A stretch of 64,000 nt of DNA from Patescibacteria group bacterium (GCA_028717685.1 JAQUNI010000001.1:633329-697328); one strand, 5' to 3'; counted from the stretch's first letter, positions 29,601 to 39,058 are shown. The notes: generated by a model not told the origin, from the sequence alone. Numbers and translations are program-made.

Positions 29601-30228
29601 ATCGTTAGCTTGTTCCGACAGGTATGCCAATGTTAAAAAAGCTAGTTGGCAATCAATTTACTTGCTTAATCGCCACAATCCAGCGAAAGCAGAGGAAAGC
29701 ATTGCAATCTTGATGCGTTCCCGCAATCTTTCTGATGCTGAGGTAAAAAATATTCCGTCTGAATTACTAAAGGTAGTGAGCATTACGGCTGGAAAAGTTA
29801 ACAGCGATTTAGTTGACTTGCTTAAAATTTTTGGGCAAGAGCTAGATCTTGATCAAAATTGGCATAGCGACCAAATCAAGCTTATCAAGGGTGCGATTGC
29901 TGCGATAGATCATTTGGCCAAGGGTGAAATAGATCAATTGTTAAGATTGGCAAAGTTGGTTATAGAAAAGAATTTTTTTCTTTTTTATAATAGGGTTTTT
30001 AGGATTTTGGCAAAAAATATCAAATTTTTAACCGTTGATCATTTTGGAAGTTTAGCGCCAATAATTCCGGATTTAGTCTTTGATTCCAATGATGTGACGA
30101 AACAAGTCGGAATGATGCTGGTTGAAAATTTGCGTTTAGCTTACCCTGTTTTAGGAGAAACGAATCAAGCTATGACAGGGAATGTTTTACAAGATGTTAA
30201 GAATAGGATAATCACTGGAAATTTTTAG
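26620..30228 (+). CDS. Large hypothetical protein with ~110-aa internal repeats and a helical C-terminus
   Basis: Long AT-rich ORF; AAGGAG before ATG 26620; repeat units ending FPD.YG.L. Confidence 0.8.
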   Translation: MVKGDVDRVKGYIDSGLIDPVKIAQEIEGLPALQVAYIIDTYDLMPSTIERGELYESDSFIDLAMKTPGILEDTRFEILARFHENYAAKLFAEGLKLYLDSQEGTIFEFNKDTEIDPTKPISFVRITYRPNKGIELKYLNGNAPSKGFYTVYLGNNYTVVFDNSVFNNRKAVFEELSSIFLSRKITFVDCSQEELNVVQQLESAFLLASVGRTPVSCRFKESFLIEWLSWQGKRQLAREEVKLLARLLREKNLSIMTPARIKLYKASKGQYDRRLLTDIFFRKEEPKKMVSNINCLMNFNMDLAGIKGPIEKAPFHILAQDVPIKVAPLKGSISCASYLMKFYPGYGVLDQSKSIMVLDELSREKRSRLYLSFFYDPESPLYKAHSAFSNEVSKQLRERGLDNARKLIQAYIVRNKMRIEDIKAEDIAFLFSGGSTFSLCGIKIPHRTRLIMNKIFPDEYGRLSLESGEELFSLDNEGLIGIRKRAYFDDGADDADIYTSDELKRIKERFRENSKMAIKCYLALHPEKSLDLLSQGDLTAISAKMLRILGGSSVRVCLNRLMPDQFLILDEEKSLHYLMAKDRDKFSLARRYIPDYYHIVEEEPDNSQILYDEHDIAVIRERTIENLRTLVKTLLKFKGFRFVEELGRHNTEGLIDLRILGNAFPSRVDGSNNFIASTRKLFFNDYGVLTEEKYRYWKHQATGPKKRYLSNVFFMDPDLEDGWTKEEIEVIKSQSKKNAILALKLYMQEEGILDIHNITKEMLIKGVGKQPLLRILGVSSFRSILNEIFPDDFAVLTQNGVKNYFSSSTTQKQALNYSYFGTNADGGLERYAEISGLNKKWVSNAIVMFLEFLRVNRLSWKVFGDDGSLHSDITFTLPDSVFRIFKTDNHHFMWIKEQIAPFLHPIEDTEAFYWINLAETVNLVKFWQLDDLKNTNRIQDVPLQLRARIAAKVFEHGYPFISNQRNMLAADSKALLLANLDSISDQLDGIEKVLSLACSDRYANVKKASWQSIYLLNRHNPAKAEESIAILMRSRNLSDAEVKNIPSELLKVVSITAGKVNSDLVDLLKIFGQELDLDQNWHSDQIKLIKGAIAAIDHLAKGEIDQLLRLAKLVIEKNFFLFYNRVFRILAKNIKFLTVDHFGSLAPIIPDLVFDSNDVTKQVGMMLVENLRLAYPVLGETNQAMTGNVLQDVKNRIITGNF

Positions 30229-30254
30229 GTTTCCAGTGATTCAGGAGGTTTAAG

Positions 30255-31136
30255 ATGGGCAGCACAATAATGAGCGGTTCTTTGATGAAATTAATTGATG
30301 CAACACTGGAAGAGGCAGAAAGAAGAAATGCGCTTTTAAAGTTTCGGGGGGAACATGGATTGGGAATAAAGCTAGTAAAGAGGAAATATTTACTTGAAGC
30401 TTTAGAAAGCTTAAATGCAAATGCAATGTCGGTTGTTCTTAACGAACAGCTGTTAGAAATTATTAAGTCATTTTGGGCGTGCATTATAGATCCTTTAATG
30501 AGAACAGGGTCTATTCTAGGCCACCATTTGGACTTTTTGCGCAATGAAGTAAAGCTTACAGCTACGATCGGCATCAAGGCTATATGTTTTATTCAAGAAA
30601 AATATGAACCACCAGAAGTTTTAGTGGACTTATATTTCAATGAAAAAAACAAAGAAGGCGTAGAAGCTAAGATCAATAAGCTCGGCGAATTGGTTTTTAT
30701 TGACCCTGATATTAATAGGTTGTGGCCAATAAATATTCGCAGGGTTATCCAGGCTTCGGTCTTAGCTTATTATCTTGTATTAGTTTGTCCTGGAATATGC
30801 AAAGAGTCACCTAGCGGCGATGATGATGAAAAGGACAATGAAAAACGAGAGCAAAAAAAGAAACGGAAGGGAGTAATAAATTTCCGAAGGGCGCATTTAC
30901 GCACATTGCCAGAAGGTTATGTCGCCTCAGCACGCCAGTTGGCACTAGCTATCTCTTCTGGAAAATATAGCGAAGAAGAGATTGAACATATAGTGCAAGA
31001 GGGAAGGCACCAAACTTTTGTGAAGGAATTTTCAAAAGAGGATAGCGACCTTCCGAATATAGATCCTAGAAAGTTATTTAGTAAAATTTCCCCAATAAAA
31101 TTTCTAAATGCTTATTTAGATTTAACGGGAGGTTGA
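30255..31136 (+). CDS. Hypothetical protein, probably co-transcribed with the upstream large gene
   Basis: AGGAGG RBS, 26-nt gap, RRAHLRTLPEG..S..QTFV motif. Confidence 0.8.
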   Translation: MGSTIMSGSLMKLIDATLEEAERRNALLKFRGEHGLGIKLVKRKYLLEALESLNANAMSVVLNEQLLEIIKSFWACIIDPLMRTGSILGHHLDFLRNEVKLTATIGIKAICFIQEKYEPPEVLVDLYFNEKNKEGVEAKINKLGELVFIDPDINRLWPINIRRVIQASVLAYYLVLVCPGICKESPSGDDDEKDNEKREQKKKRKGVINFRRAHLRTLPEGYVASARQLALAISSGKYSEEEIEHIVQEGRHQTFVKEFSKEDSDLPNIDPRKLFSKISPIKFLNAYLDLTGG

Positions 31137-31143
31137 GTTTTCT

Positions 31144-31174
31144 GGGTTATTCTGAAAAAGAATAACCCTTTTTA
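31144..31174 (+). terminator. Intrinsic terminator
   Basis: GGGTTATTCT-loop-AGAATAACCC-T tract. Confidence 0.75.
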
Positions 31175-31419
31175 TTACTAAAATTTTAAAACAGACCGTG
31201 CTTTTTTTGTATTTATTTTTAATTGTTTAAATATATTTAGCTTCCACGAAAGAAAGATTTTTGAATTCTCCTGTAATTTTGTCCCAATCCGTCAAAATAG
31301 AGGAGGTTTAGAATAGTTTTTTTGTTTGCCGAAAGTAGGTTATAATAAAAAAGATATCCCCTTCAAGTTTGCTGCGGCTGGGTAATTTGTTAGTATATTG
31401 GAGACAAAAATCAAGGTGT

Positions 31420-32772
31420 ATGAAACAACAATTAGCAAAATTAATTCCGGCTGGCAGCGTAATTTTGGGAATTACTACTTTAATCTCGTATTTATTAGGA
31501 TTGGTTCGCGATCACTATTTCGCTCAAATCTTTGGCGCTTCAAGGGCTCTTGACGCTTATAACGCCGCTTTTTTGATTCCTGATTTGTTATTTAATATTT
31601 TGGTGGCGAGCGGGATTGCCGCGGCTTTTATCCCGATTTTTACCGAGCTTTTGAAACTTGACGCGGAGCGGGCTTTAAAATACGCAAACTCAGTTATTAC
31701 CGCCGCTATCGGATCAATGATCATTATTTCGGTAATTATTATTATTTTTGCCGGTCCGATTAGCGCGTTAGTGGTCCCGGGGTTTAATCTGACGGATCGC
31801 GCGCTGGTGGCTAAAATTCTTCGCCTCTTGGCTCTATCGCCCATATTTTTTGGAGTCTCAAACGCTATCGGCGCTATGTTAGTAACTAAACGGCGTTTTC
31901 TTTTTTATGGCTTGTCTCCGGTTTTATATAATTTAGGAATAATCGGCGGCACAATTTTTCTCGCGCCGCATTTCGGAATTATGGGCGTGGCATTAGGCAC
32001 TGTCGGCGGCGCATTTTTACATCTCGCAGCCAGATTTTTTGACGCGCGGCGGTCAGGTTTTGTTTTTAGTTTAAAATATTCTTTTGGGACCGCGGAGTTT
32101 AAACAAACTCTCAAATTAATGTTGCCGAAAATGCTTGGCCATCCGATGGAGCTCATTACTTTTTGGGCGTTTACAGCTATTAGTTCTACTTTAATTCCCG
32201 GTTCGGTAGCGGTGATGAGTTTTGCCCGAAATTTTGAAAGTGTTCCAGTTAGTTTAATTGGTATTACTATTGCCACAACCACCTTCCCGATTTTAGCGAT
32301 GACGATTGCCGACCGTTCGATTGAACGTTTCCGCAAAATTTTAAGAAATTCTTTTTTGTTAATATTTTTTACCAGTATCGCCGCCGCCTGCGCTACCTTT
32401 TGGATAAAAGAACCCTTGGTTCGGATTGCTTTGGGAGGGGGAGCGTTTCAGGCGAGTGATATTGCCAGAACCTCGGCGACTTTAGGGATGTTTGCTTTAG
32501 CCATACCGACCGAAGCCTCGATTCAGCTTTTGGCGCGCGCTTTTTACGCTACAAAAAACACGATCATTCCGGTCGCGTTAAGTATTGTCGGGCTTATTAT
32601 TTCAGTTGGCGGCGCCTATTTATTGGTTCCGCGCTATGAGATTTTAGCTTTGCCTTTAGGATTTTTTATCGGCAGCGCGGTAGAATTAATTTTGTTGATC
32701 TTCTTAATTTTGATTAGGACTCGGCAATTATTCAGCCATATTCCCAAAAATGAACAACCGTTGTTGCAGTAA
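31420..32772 (+). CDS. murJ: Lipid II flippase MurJ (MviN)
   Basis: LGLVRD, DAYNAAFLIPD, AFIPIF, RAFYATKNT..P. Confidence 0.92.
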   Translation: MKQQLAKLIPAGSVILGITTLISYLLGLVRDHYFAQIFGASRALDAYNAAFLIPDLLFNILVASGIAAAFIPIFTELLKLDAERALKYANSVITAAIGSMIIISVIIIIFAGPISALVVPGFNLTDRALVAKILRLLALSPIFFGVSNAIGAMLVTKRRFLFYGLSPVLYNLGIIGGTIFLAPHFGIMGVALGTVGGAFLHLAARFFDARRSGFVFSLKYSFGTAEFKQTLKLMLPKMLGHPMELITFWAFTAISSTLIPGSVAVMSFARNFESVPVSLIGITIATTTFPILAMTIADRSIERFRKILRNSFLLIFFTSIAAACATFWIKEPLVRIALGGGAFQASDIARTSATLGMFALAIPTEASIQLLARAFYATKNTIIPVALSIVGLIISVGGAYLLVPRYEILALPLGFFIGSAVELILLIFLILIRTRQLFSHIPKNEQPLLQ

Positions 32773-32775
32773 GTT

Positions 32776-33543
32776 TTAGTTCGGGTAAACAACTATAATG
32801 GCTTTGCGGCCAGTGGGGATATCTTTCTCTAATTCTAAATTGTTTAATTCGCCGCCGCCAAAAGGCGCGTCGTGAACAGCGTTATATAGAACATTAGCGT
32901 TGTAAACATAATTGTAGCCTCTTCTTGTGCCGACATCATTGGTAATAAAGTTGCCATCTTTAGTTATACCTTTAACCACGATCATATGATAAATCGGTCC
33001 GGGTTGGCGATAAAACGGATTGTTGACCATGCGGCCAGCTAAGGGCACGATGACTGGACGGCCGGCAATTATTTGCGTTTTAATATCTTCCAGAGAAATA
33101 TCATAATCGACATCTACCCGTTTATAACCAAAATATTCTTTTAGTATTTGTCCGGTTTCTTTGGCGGTGGTATGTTCGTAATAGCCAAAGGTTTTATTTT
33201 CCCAATCTACTATTTTAAGAATTTCTTGTTTGGCAATTGCCGGAGTAAGCTTTTCGTGTTTGTAAAAGCGGTCAACTAAAAGAGCCGAGGTTTCTTCGCA
33301 GGCTTCTCCATATGGCAAACTCCAATCTTTATATGGCGCTTGGGCGGAAAAGGGCACAGCTAAGTTTATGCCGGCAAATTTAGTGGAGGTGGCGGCAATG
33401 GGCGACGTTGAAACATTTTCAACCTCTGTTGGCAATTGGCGTTTCTCCAATTCCAGAATAAGGTCTCGAATATTGCTGCGAAAATAAAAAGCCGAAATCC
33501 CGACAACTATCAATGCCCCCGCGGTTATTAATATTTTTTTCAT
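32776..33543 (-). CDS. Peptidase C39-like protein, membrane-anchored
   Basis: VPFSAQAP..ACEE, YHMIVV.G, NDVG catalytic-triad pattern. Confidence 0.85.
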   Translation of the reverse strand: MKKILITAGALIVVGISAFYFRSNIRDLILELEKRQLPTEVENVSTSPIAATSTKFAGINLAVPFSAQAPYKDWSLPYGEACEETSALLVDRFYKHEKLTPAIAKQEILKIVDWENKTFGYYEHTTAKETGQILKEYFGYKRVDVDYDISLEDIKTQIIAGRPVIVPLAGRMVNNPFYRQPGPIYHMIVVKGITKDGNFITNDVGTRRGYNYVYNANVLYNAVHDAPFGGGELNNLELEKDIPTGRKAIIVVYPN

Positions 33544-33641
33544 ACTATTTATTATACAATATTTATATAATATCAAACAATATTAAGCCCACGCATTTCG
33601 CATTCTGATGCCGTTATGATAAAGGCAATCGCAGAATCAAA

Positions 33642-34169
33642 ATGCGTAGCCCCAATAACCTTATTATGAACAAGCATTTAAAAGTTAAATCTTTCCAGGA
33701 AACTTTAAACGCTGGCATGTGCGGGCCGGCTAGTTTAAAGATATTATTTAGTTATTATGGGATAAATAAGACAGAAAAAGAATTAGCCAAGATGATTGGA
33801 TGGGATAAAGATCTAGGGGTAGATGATAAAGGAATCAAACAGGTGGCAGAAACACTGGGTTTTAAGGTAAAAATAAAGAATAATAGCAGCTTCGGAGATA
33901 TTGAGAACTGGCTAAATAAAGGCGTGCCAGTTATTGTGGACTGGTTCACGCGAGGCAGATCTGACTATCCTGATTCGGAAACAGCCGATGGACATTATTC
34001 GGTTGTAGCCGGTTTGGATAATAAATTTATTTATCTTCAGGATCCGGAGATTGGAAAAATAAGAAAAATAAAAAGGTATGATTTTATGAGAGTATGGTTT
34101 GATTTTAAAGGGGACTATATTCAGAAAAATAAATTGATAATTAGACAGTTAATAGTAATTTATCGCTAA
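33642..34169 (+). CDS. Peptidase C39 family protein
   Basis: QET..CGPASL, GHYSVV, QDP. Confidence 0.88.
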   Translation: MRSPNNLIMNKHLKVKSFQETLNAGMCGPASLKILFSYYGINKTEKELAKMIGWDKDLGVDDKGIKQVAETLGFKVKIKNNSSFGDIENWLNKGVPVIVDWFTRGRSDYPDSETADGHYSVVAGLDNKFIYLQDPEIGKIRKIKRYDFMRVWFDFKGDYIQKNKLIIRQLIVIYR

Positions 34170-34263
34170 TAAGATGTTTGGAAAGTATCGTTTTTCCGAG
34201 AGCGCAAATATAGTAACTCCCAAAATACTAGGACCTAAATCCGAAGAACTATTAAGAATAAAT

Positions 34264-34304
34264 TTGGGGTCAAGTCTTAAAGCTTGACCTTTTTTTATTT
34301 TAAA
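34264..34304 (+). repeat. Repeat family G hairpin
   Basis: TTGGGGTCAAGTCTTAAAGCTTGACCTTTTTTTATTTTAAA. Confidence 0.8.
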
Positions 34305-34373
34305 TTATAAAATCGCCAGAAGGGCGATTTTTTGGTAAAATAAAAAAGAGTTCATTAAAATAAAAACAAATTT

Positions 34374-34832
34374 ATGCATTTAAAAGTAAGATACATTTTT
34401 ATCCTTGCCCTTTCGGTCATTTTTATAGGAATTGGCATATATATTTTGTTTTCAAAGACAAAAAAGGAGTCTTCTAAAACTCCAGAGAGGACTCAAATTA
34501 TTTGGGTATTGGAAAAAGCGGGCGAAGATAAGGAGACAGGAGCGCCGCTTACGAGAGTAAAAGTAGATTTCAAAGGTGAAATCAATAAAGGATATGACGC
34601 GGGGGTTTATGCCGGAAACTGTTTTGAGATTGCCAAATCTGAATGGGAACTCTTAGAAAATGAAGTTTCGGGAGTGATTTGCTGGTGGGCAGGCGGGGGA
34701 GATGAAATCGGTATTTTTCAGGAGGATGACAAATTGGTTATCAAACACGGGACACTGAGCGCGGGTGGTCCTGCCACAGAAGATGAGCCAGCCATACCGA
34801 ATTTTAGAGGCGACTTTGAAAAACTTTTTTGA
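34374..34832 (+). CDS. Hypothetical membrane-anchored protein
   Basis: N-terminal TM, CWWAGGG motif. Confidence 0.7.
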   Translation: MHLKVRYIFILALSVIFIGIGIYILFSKTKKESSKTPERTQIIWVLEKAGEDKETGAPLTRVKVDFKGEINKGYDAGVYAGNCFEIAKSEWELLENEVSGVICWWAGGGDEIGIFQEDDKLVIKHGTLSAGGPATEDEPAIPNFRGDFEKLF

Positions 34833-34882
34833 AATGAAAGTAAGACCTGTTTTTTAACCCCAATAAAAAGAAGCATTATTTT

Positions 34883-35626
34883 ATGAAGAGAATTTATCTT
34901 TTATTTTTTTTAGTTATTATAATTGCCGTCATTGTTTTATTAGTTTATATTTTTTTTCAAAAGCCAAAATCATCCTTGCCGCAAAACAATCTCCCCACGG
35001 TTTCAACCAGCGAGCCAAGGCAGAAAAATAATTCGCCATCAGTTTCAAACACAGAGCCAGCGCCGCAACAAACCCAACCCAAAAATGCAAATGTCGGAGA
35101 TACTGGCAAAGGAAGTGCAAGTATTTTTCAACCTCCTTTGGATAGAGCAGGGGAAAGGGTACTTAAGAAAAAGTTTGGTATGTATATCACTCCTCAAAAT
35201 TCGCCAGTGCAGCCGGAAAGATTTCAAGGATATCACACGGGAGTTGACTTTGAAATTTTTCCCGAGGAGTTAAACGCAGAGGTCCAAGTCCACGCGGTTT
35301 GTTCAGGAGAACTCAAGCTGAAAAAATACGCGTCTGGTTATGGAGGAGTCGCAGTTCAGGCTTGCGAATTAGATAAAGATCCGATAACTGTGGTCTATGG
35401 ACACTTGAAATTGTCTGGTATCGCTGCTGATGTTGAAACAAATATTAATGTTGGCGAAATAATTGGGATTCTAGGAGCTAATAGAAGCGTGGAGACAGAT
35501 GGTGAACGCAAACATTTACATTTAGGTTTTCATAAAGGAACAGCGATAGATATTCGAGGTTATGTGAGTTCGGAGGCAGAACTCGCTAACTGGATTGATC
35601 CCTGCCTTTATGTTTGTCATAATTAG
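34883..35626 (+). CDS. Peptidase M23 family protein
   Basis: HTGVD, YGHL, HLHLG motifs; N-terminal TM. Confidence 0.9.
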   Translation: MKRIYLLFFLVIIIAVIVLLVYIFFQKPKSSLPQNNLPTVSTSEPRQKNNSPSVSNTEPAPQQTQPKNANVGDTGKGSASIFQPPLDRAGERVLKKKFGMYITPQNSPVQPERFQGYHTGVDFEIFPEELNAEVQVHAVCSGELKLKKYASGYGGVAVQACELDKDPITVVYGHLKLSGIAADVETNINVGEIIGILGANRSVETDGERKHLHLGFHKGTAIDIRGYVSSEAELANWIDPCLYVCHN

Positions 35627-35646
35627 AGCTATAAATTTTAAAAAGT

Positions 35647-35685
35647 TTGGGGTCAGGTCTAAAAAATTTAACCTCTTTTTTATTT
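35647..35685 (+). repeat. Repeat family G hairpin
   Basis: TTGGGGTCAGGTCTAAAAAATTTAACCTCTTTTTTATTT. Confidence 0.8.
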
Positions 35686-35741
35686 GTTGGCTCCACAGCC
35701 TTCGCTAACGCTTAAGACTATGGAGCCAACAACTGACATCT

Positions 35742-35770
35742 AAAATGGCTTACTTAAGCTATTTTTGGTT
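35742..35770 (+). repeat. Repeat family T hairpin
   Basis: AAAATGGCTTACTTAAGCTATTTTTGGTT. Confidence 0.75.
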
Positions 35771-35784
35771 TTGAATAGTAAATA

Positions 35785-35813
35785 TTGACAAAAAGTAGAT
35801 AGTATGCTATTCT
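35785..35813 (+). promoter_or_regulatory. Putative sigma70 promoter
   Basis: TTGACA-17 nt (ending TGn)-TATTCT. Confidence 0.6.
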
Positions 35814-35995
35814 ATGAGCATAGTTCTTTGTAAATGAGACTTACCGAAATTTTACCGATTTTCCTTATTTTACCTCTGCTATTTCAGAGATTTAATTATT
35901 TTAGATGCCTGAAATGGCAGAGGTTAGTTTTGTCCATCTGTTGTCGCGTAAATTTAGTTGTAATAGTAAATGGGATAAAACCCAAGGAGAGAAAG

Positions 35996-36292
35996 ATGAA
36001 GATATTAAAGTTTTTAGCAATAGCAGTGACATTTTTGTTGGGTATTGTTTTTGCGATTTTTACAGTATTATTAGGGATAGGATATTTATCCATGGTTTTT
36101 ACTGGTACCCACTTATCTGCCGAAGAGCAGACAGAAATCTTGCTTATGGGTCTGCCAATATCTGCTTCCTGTTTGGGATTGGGGTATGTCTCTTATGGAT
36201 TTTTCTCTTTTTTCCACTGGTTGCGGAAACGTTGGTTTCAGGTGAACAGAGAGGAGAAATTTGGGGTCAGGACATTTGGGGTCAGGTTTTGA
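35996..36292 (+). CDS. Small 2-TM hypothetical protein; its C-terminus is encoded by the family G repeat
   Basis: AAGGAG RBS before ATG 35996; ends FGVRTFGVRF. Confidence 0.65.
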   Translation: MKILKFLAIAVTFLLGIVFAIFTVLLGIGYLSMVFTGTHLSAEEQTEILLMGLPISASCLGLGYVSYGFFSFFHWLRKRWFQVNREEKFGVRTFGVRF

Positions 36293-36314
36293 AACTTGAC
36301 CTCTTTTTTTATTT
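36259..36314 (+). repeat. Repeat family G hairpin with a duplicated 5' arm
   Basis: ATTTGGGGTCAGGAC ATTTGGGGTCAGGTTTTGAAACTTGACCTCTTTTTTTATTT. Confidence 0.82.
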
Positions 36315-36498
36315 CTAAATTTCATTATCCCTTCGGTAAACTTAGGGTAAGCACCTTCGGCTTCACTCAAGGCAAGCATCATTTATCCAAGCGGGAAAAG
36401 TTTTACAAACCGAGCTATCTGTTCGGAAGTTTTTTTATAAAGCGAATTGCCAAAAAGGCGAATTTTTTGTAAAATAAAATAAAATAATACAAATATTT

Positions 36499-38940
36499 AT
36501 GTTATCAGGAGGATTAAGCGAAAAACAAGTTTTAGAATTAAGAGAGAAATTTGGCGAGAATTTGATTCTATCTAAAGAGAAAACCACTTGGCTTTCAATT
36601 TTATTATTTCAACTTAAGAGCCCCTTAATTTATATTTTAATTGTTATCGGGTTTATTTCCCTATTTTTTAAAGAATACTTTGATCTGATTTTAATTTGGT
36701 CCGTGATCGTCCTTAATACCCTGATGGGTTTTTTCCAAGAATACCATGTTAAAAAAACCCTCGCTGCTTTTAGAAAACTTTTAAAGCCTAAGGCGCTAGT
36801 TGTCCGAGAAGGCAAAAGGAAGGAGATTGAAGCAAGGGAATTAGTGCCGGGCGATTTGGTTGTTTTAAATTCTGGAGATAAAGTCCCGGCTGACGGAAAA
36901 ATCATCGAAGGAGTAAATTTGTTAATTAATGAAGCAATTTTAACCGGCGAAGAGGAGGCGGTGGCGAAAACAACAGAGAAAGAAAACAGTCTTGCTTTTA
37001 TGGGCACGATGGTGATTTCCGGCAGGGGAATCATAAAAGTTTTAAATATCGGGAAAGAAACAGCAATTGGAAAGATTGAGCAAAAATTAGCCGACATAAA
37101 AGAAAGGAAAACGCCGATTCAGCTGAAACTTGACGAATTTTCAAAAAGTTTAGGGAAGATTATTTTAATCGTTTGCGTAATTGTTTTTTTAGTAGGATTG
37201 TTCTATCGGGTAGACGCTTGGGAAATGTTTAAGTTCGCCGTTATCCTGGCGGTGGCGGCAATACCCGAGGGTTTGCCGATAGCGATAACCGTGATTTTAG
37301 CCCTCGGGGTGAGGAGAGTATTAAAAAGAAACGGGCTGGTTAAAAGGTTAATTTCAGTTGAGACCCTAGGTTCAACCTCGGTTATTTGCACCGATAAAAC
37401 CGGAACCCTGACAGAAGGAAAAATGAAAGTCGTAAAAACAGATTTTTTAGATAAGGGAAAAACATTGCTTGCTTTAACTTTGAATAATGAGCAAAGGAGC
37501 GGTTTGGAGGCTGCTATTTGGGATTATGTAAAAAAGGAAAAGAGATTTAACCCCCAAGATATTTTTGATAAAGCGGAAAGAATTTATGAGGAGCCATTTG
37601 ATAGCGAAAAGAAATATTCAATGACTATAAATAAAGTTGAAAATAAGGAAATTGCTTTTTTGAAAGGGGCTCCAGAAATTATTCTTTCATTTTGCCAGAT
37701 TTTTGATGAAGAGAAAAATAAAATTTTGAGAGAAATTGAAAAATGGGCGGACGAGGGATTGAGAATTTTAGGGGTAGCTTTTAAAGAGAAAGGAAATTTA
37801 AAGGAGAAGAAAGGATTTTCTTGGCTTGGCTTAGTCGGTATTATTGATCCGATCAGGAAAGATGTGAGAGAGGCAATTTTGAGCGCTCAAAAAGCCGGGA
37901 TAGAAATTAAAATAGTGACCGGCGACTATCGAAAAACAGCCGAAAGATTAGCAGCCAATCTCGGATTTAAACTCGCGCCAAAAAATATTTTAGAAGGTCA
38001 GATGCTGGAAGCTATTTCAGAGGAAGAACTTGAAAAGAAAATAGACGACATTGTTGTATTCAGCAGGGTTGCCCCCCATCAAAAACAAAAAATAGTAAAA
38101 GTGCTTCAGGAAAAAGGAGAGATAGTGGCGATGACAGGAGATGGCGTAAATGATGTCCTTGCCTTAAAAAAAGCCGATATTGGCGTCGCGGTAGGAAGCG
38201 CTTCCGAGGTAGCCAAGGAAGCGGGAGATTTAATTTTACTGGACAATAATTTTACGACGATTGTCGCGGCAGTGGAGGAAGGCAGATTAATTTTTTCAAA
38301 CATTAAAAAAGTTGTAAGTTATGTTCTCTCCAATTCTTTTGTGGAGATTTTTTTGATTTTCGGCTCCATAATTTTAGATTTGCCCTATCCTCTTATAATA
38401 GTTCAAATTTTGTGGCTTCACCTTATTTGCGACGGACCACCCGATATTATATTGGGCTTTGAGCCTAAAGAAAAAGATCTTATGAAAGAAAGACCAGAAA
38501 ATCTTCGGAAAGAAAGCATTCTCTCTAACGCAATGAAATTTTTAATCTTCGGAATCAGTTTTATTATCGGATTCCTCTGTTTATTTCTCTTCTGGTATAT
38601 TCTGGAAAAAACAGGGGATCTAATTTTTGCTCGCACCATTATTTTTACAACAGTCGCCATAGTTGATTTAATTTATATTTTTTCTTTTAAGAATTTGAAA
38701 AAACCCATTTTCAAAACCGAGAATTTTTTCAAAAATAAGCTTTTGTTTTTAGGCGTGCTTTATGGACTTTTACTTACTTTCGCCGCCATTTATTTGCCTG
38801 TTTTGAATCGAATTTTAGGCACAGAGCCTCTCAAACCAATTCATTGGTTATTAGTTTTAAGCGTTGCTTTAATTGCTACCCTTTGGGCTGAATTAGTTAA
38901 AATTGTATATAATCGAAAACATAGGCTTAATAATAATTAG
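36499..38940 (+). CDS. Cation-transporting P-type ATPase (type IIA-like)
   Basis: TGE, IPEGL, DKTGT, KGAPE, TGD, GDGVND motifs. Confidence 0.95.
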   Translation: MLSGGLSEKQVLELREKFGENLILSKEKTTWLSILLFQLKSPLIYILIVIGFISLFFKEYFDLILIWSVIVLNTLMGFFQEYHVKKTLAAFRKLLKPKALVVREGKRKEIEARELVPGDLVVLNSGDKVPADGKIIEGVNLLINEAILTGEEEAVAKTTEKENSLAFMGTMVISGRGIIKVLNIGKETAIGKIEQKLADIKERKTPIQLKLDEFSKSLGKIILIVCVIVFLVGLFYRVDAWEMFKFAVILAVAAIPEGLPIAITVILALGVRRVLKRNGLVKRLISVETLGSTSVICTDKTGTLTEGKMKVVKTDFLDKGKTLLALTLNNEQRSGLEAAIWDYVKKEKRFNPQDIFDKAERIYEEPFDSEKKYSMTINKVENKEIAFLKGAPEIILSFCQIFDEEKNKILREIEKWADEGLRILGVAFKEKGNLKEKKGFSWLGLVGIIDPIRKDVREAILSAQKAGIEIKIVTGDYRKTAERLAANLGFKLAPKNILEGQMLEAISEEELEKKIDDIVVFSRVAPHQKQKIVKVLQEKGEIVAMTGDGVNDVLALKKADIGVAVGSASEVAKEAGDLILLDNNFTTIVAAVEEGRLIFSNIKKVVSYVLSNSFVEIFLIFGSIILDLPYPLIIVQILWLHLICDGPPDIILGFEPKEKDLMKERPENLRKESILSNAMKFLIFGISFIIGFLCLFLFWYILEKTGDLIFARTIIFTTVAIVDLIYIFSFKNLKKPIFKTENFFKNKLLFLGVLYGLLLTFAAIYLPVLNRILGTEPLKPIHWLLVLSVALIATLWAELVKIVYNRKHRLNNN

Positions 38941-39022
38941 CAGATATAATGATAAAATTCCATTTTACCTCTTTTTTATTTGAATCCTCACAGGAGTTAT
39001 CTTTCAATTACTATAAAGAGGA

Positions 39023-39058
39023 GGGGTCGAGTCTAAAAAGCTTGACCCTTTTTTATTT
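39023..39058 (+). repeat. Repeat family G hairpin (partial extra copy at 38965-38981)
   Basis: GGGGTCGAGTCTAAAAAGCTTGACCCTTTTTTATTT. Confidence 0.78.

Noticed and set aside
26159-39058. Classical integron attC sites
   Set aside because: No RYYYAAC..GTTRRRY ends were recognised and there is no IntI in the window
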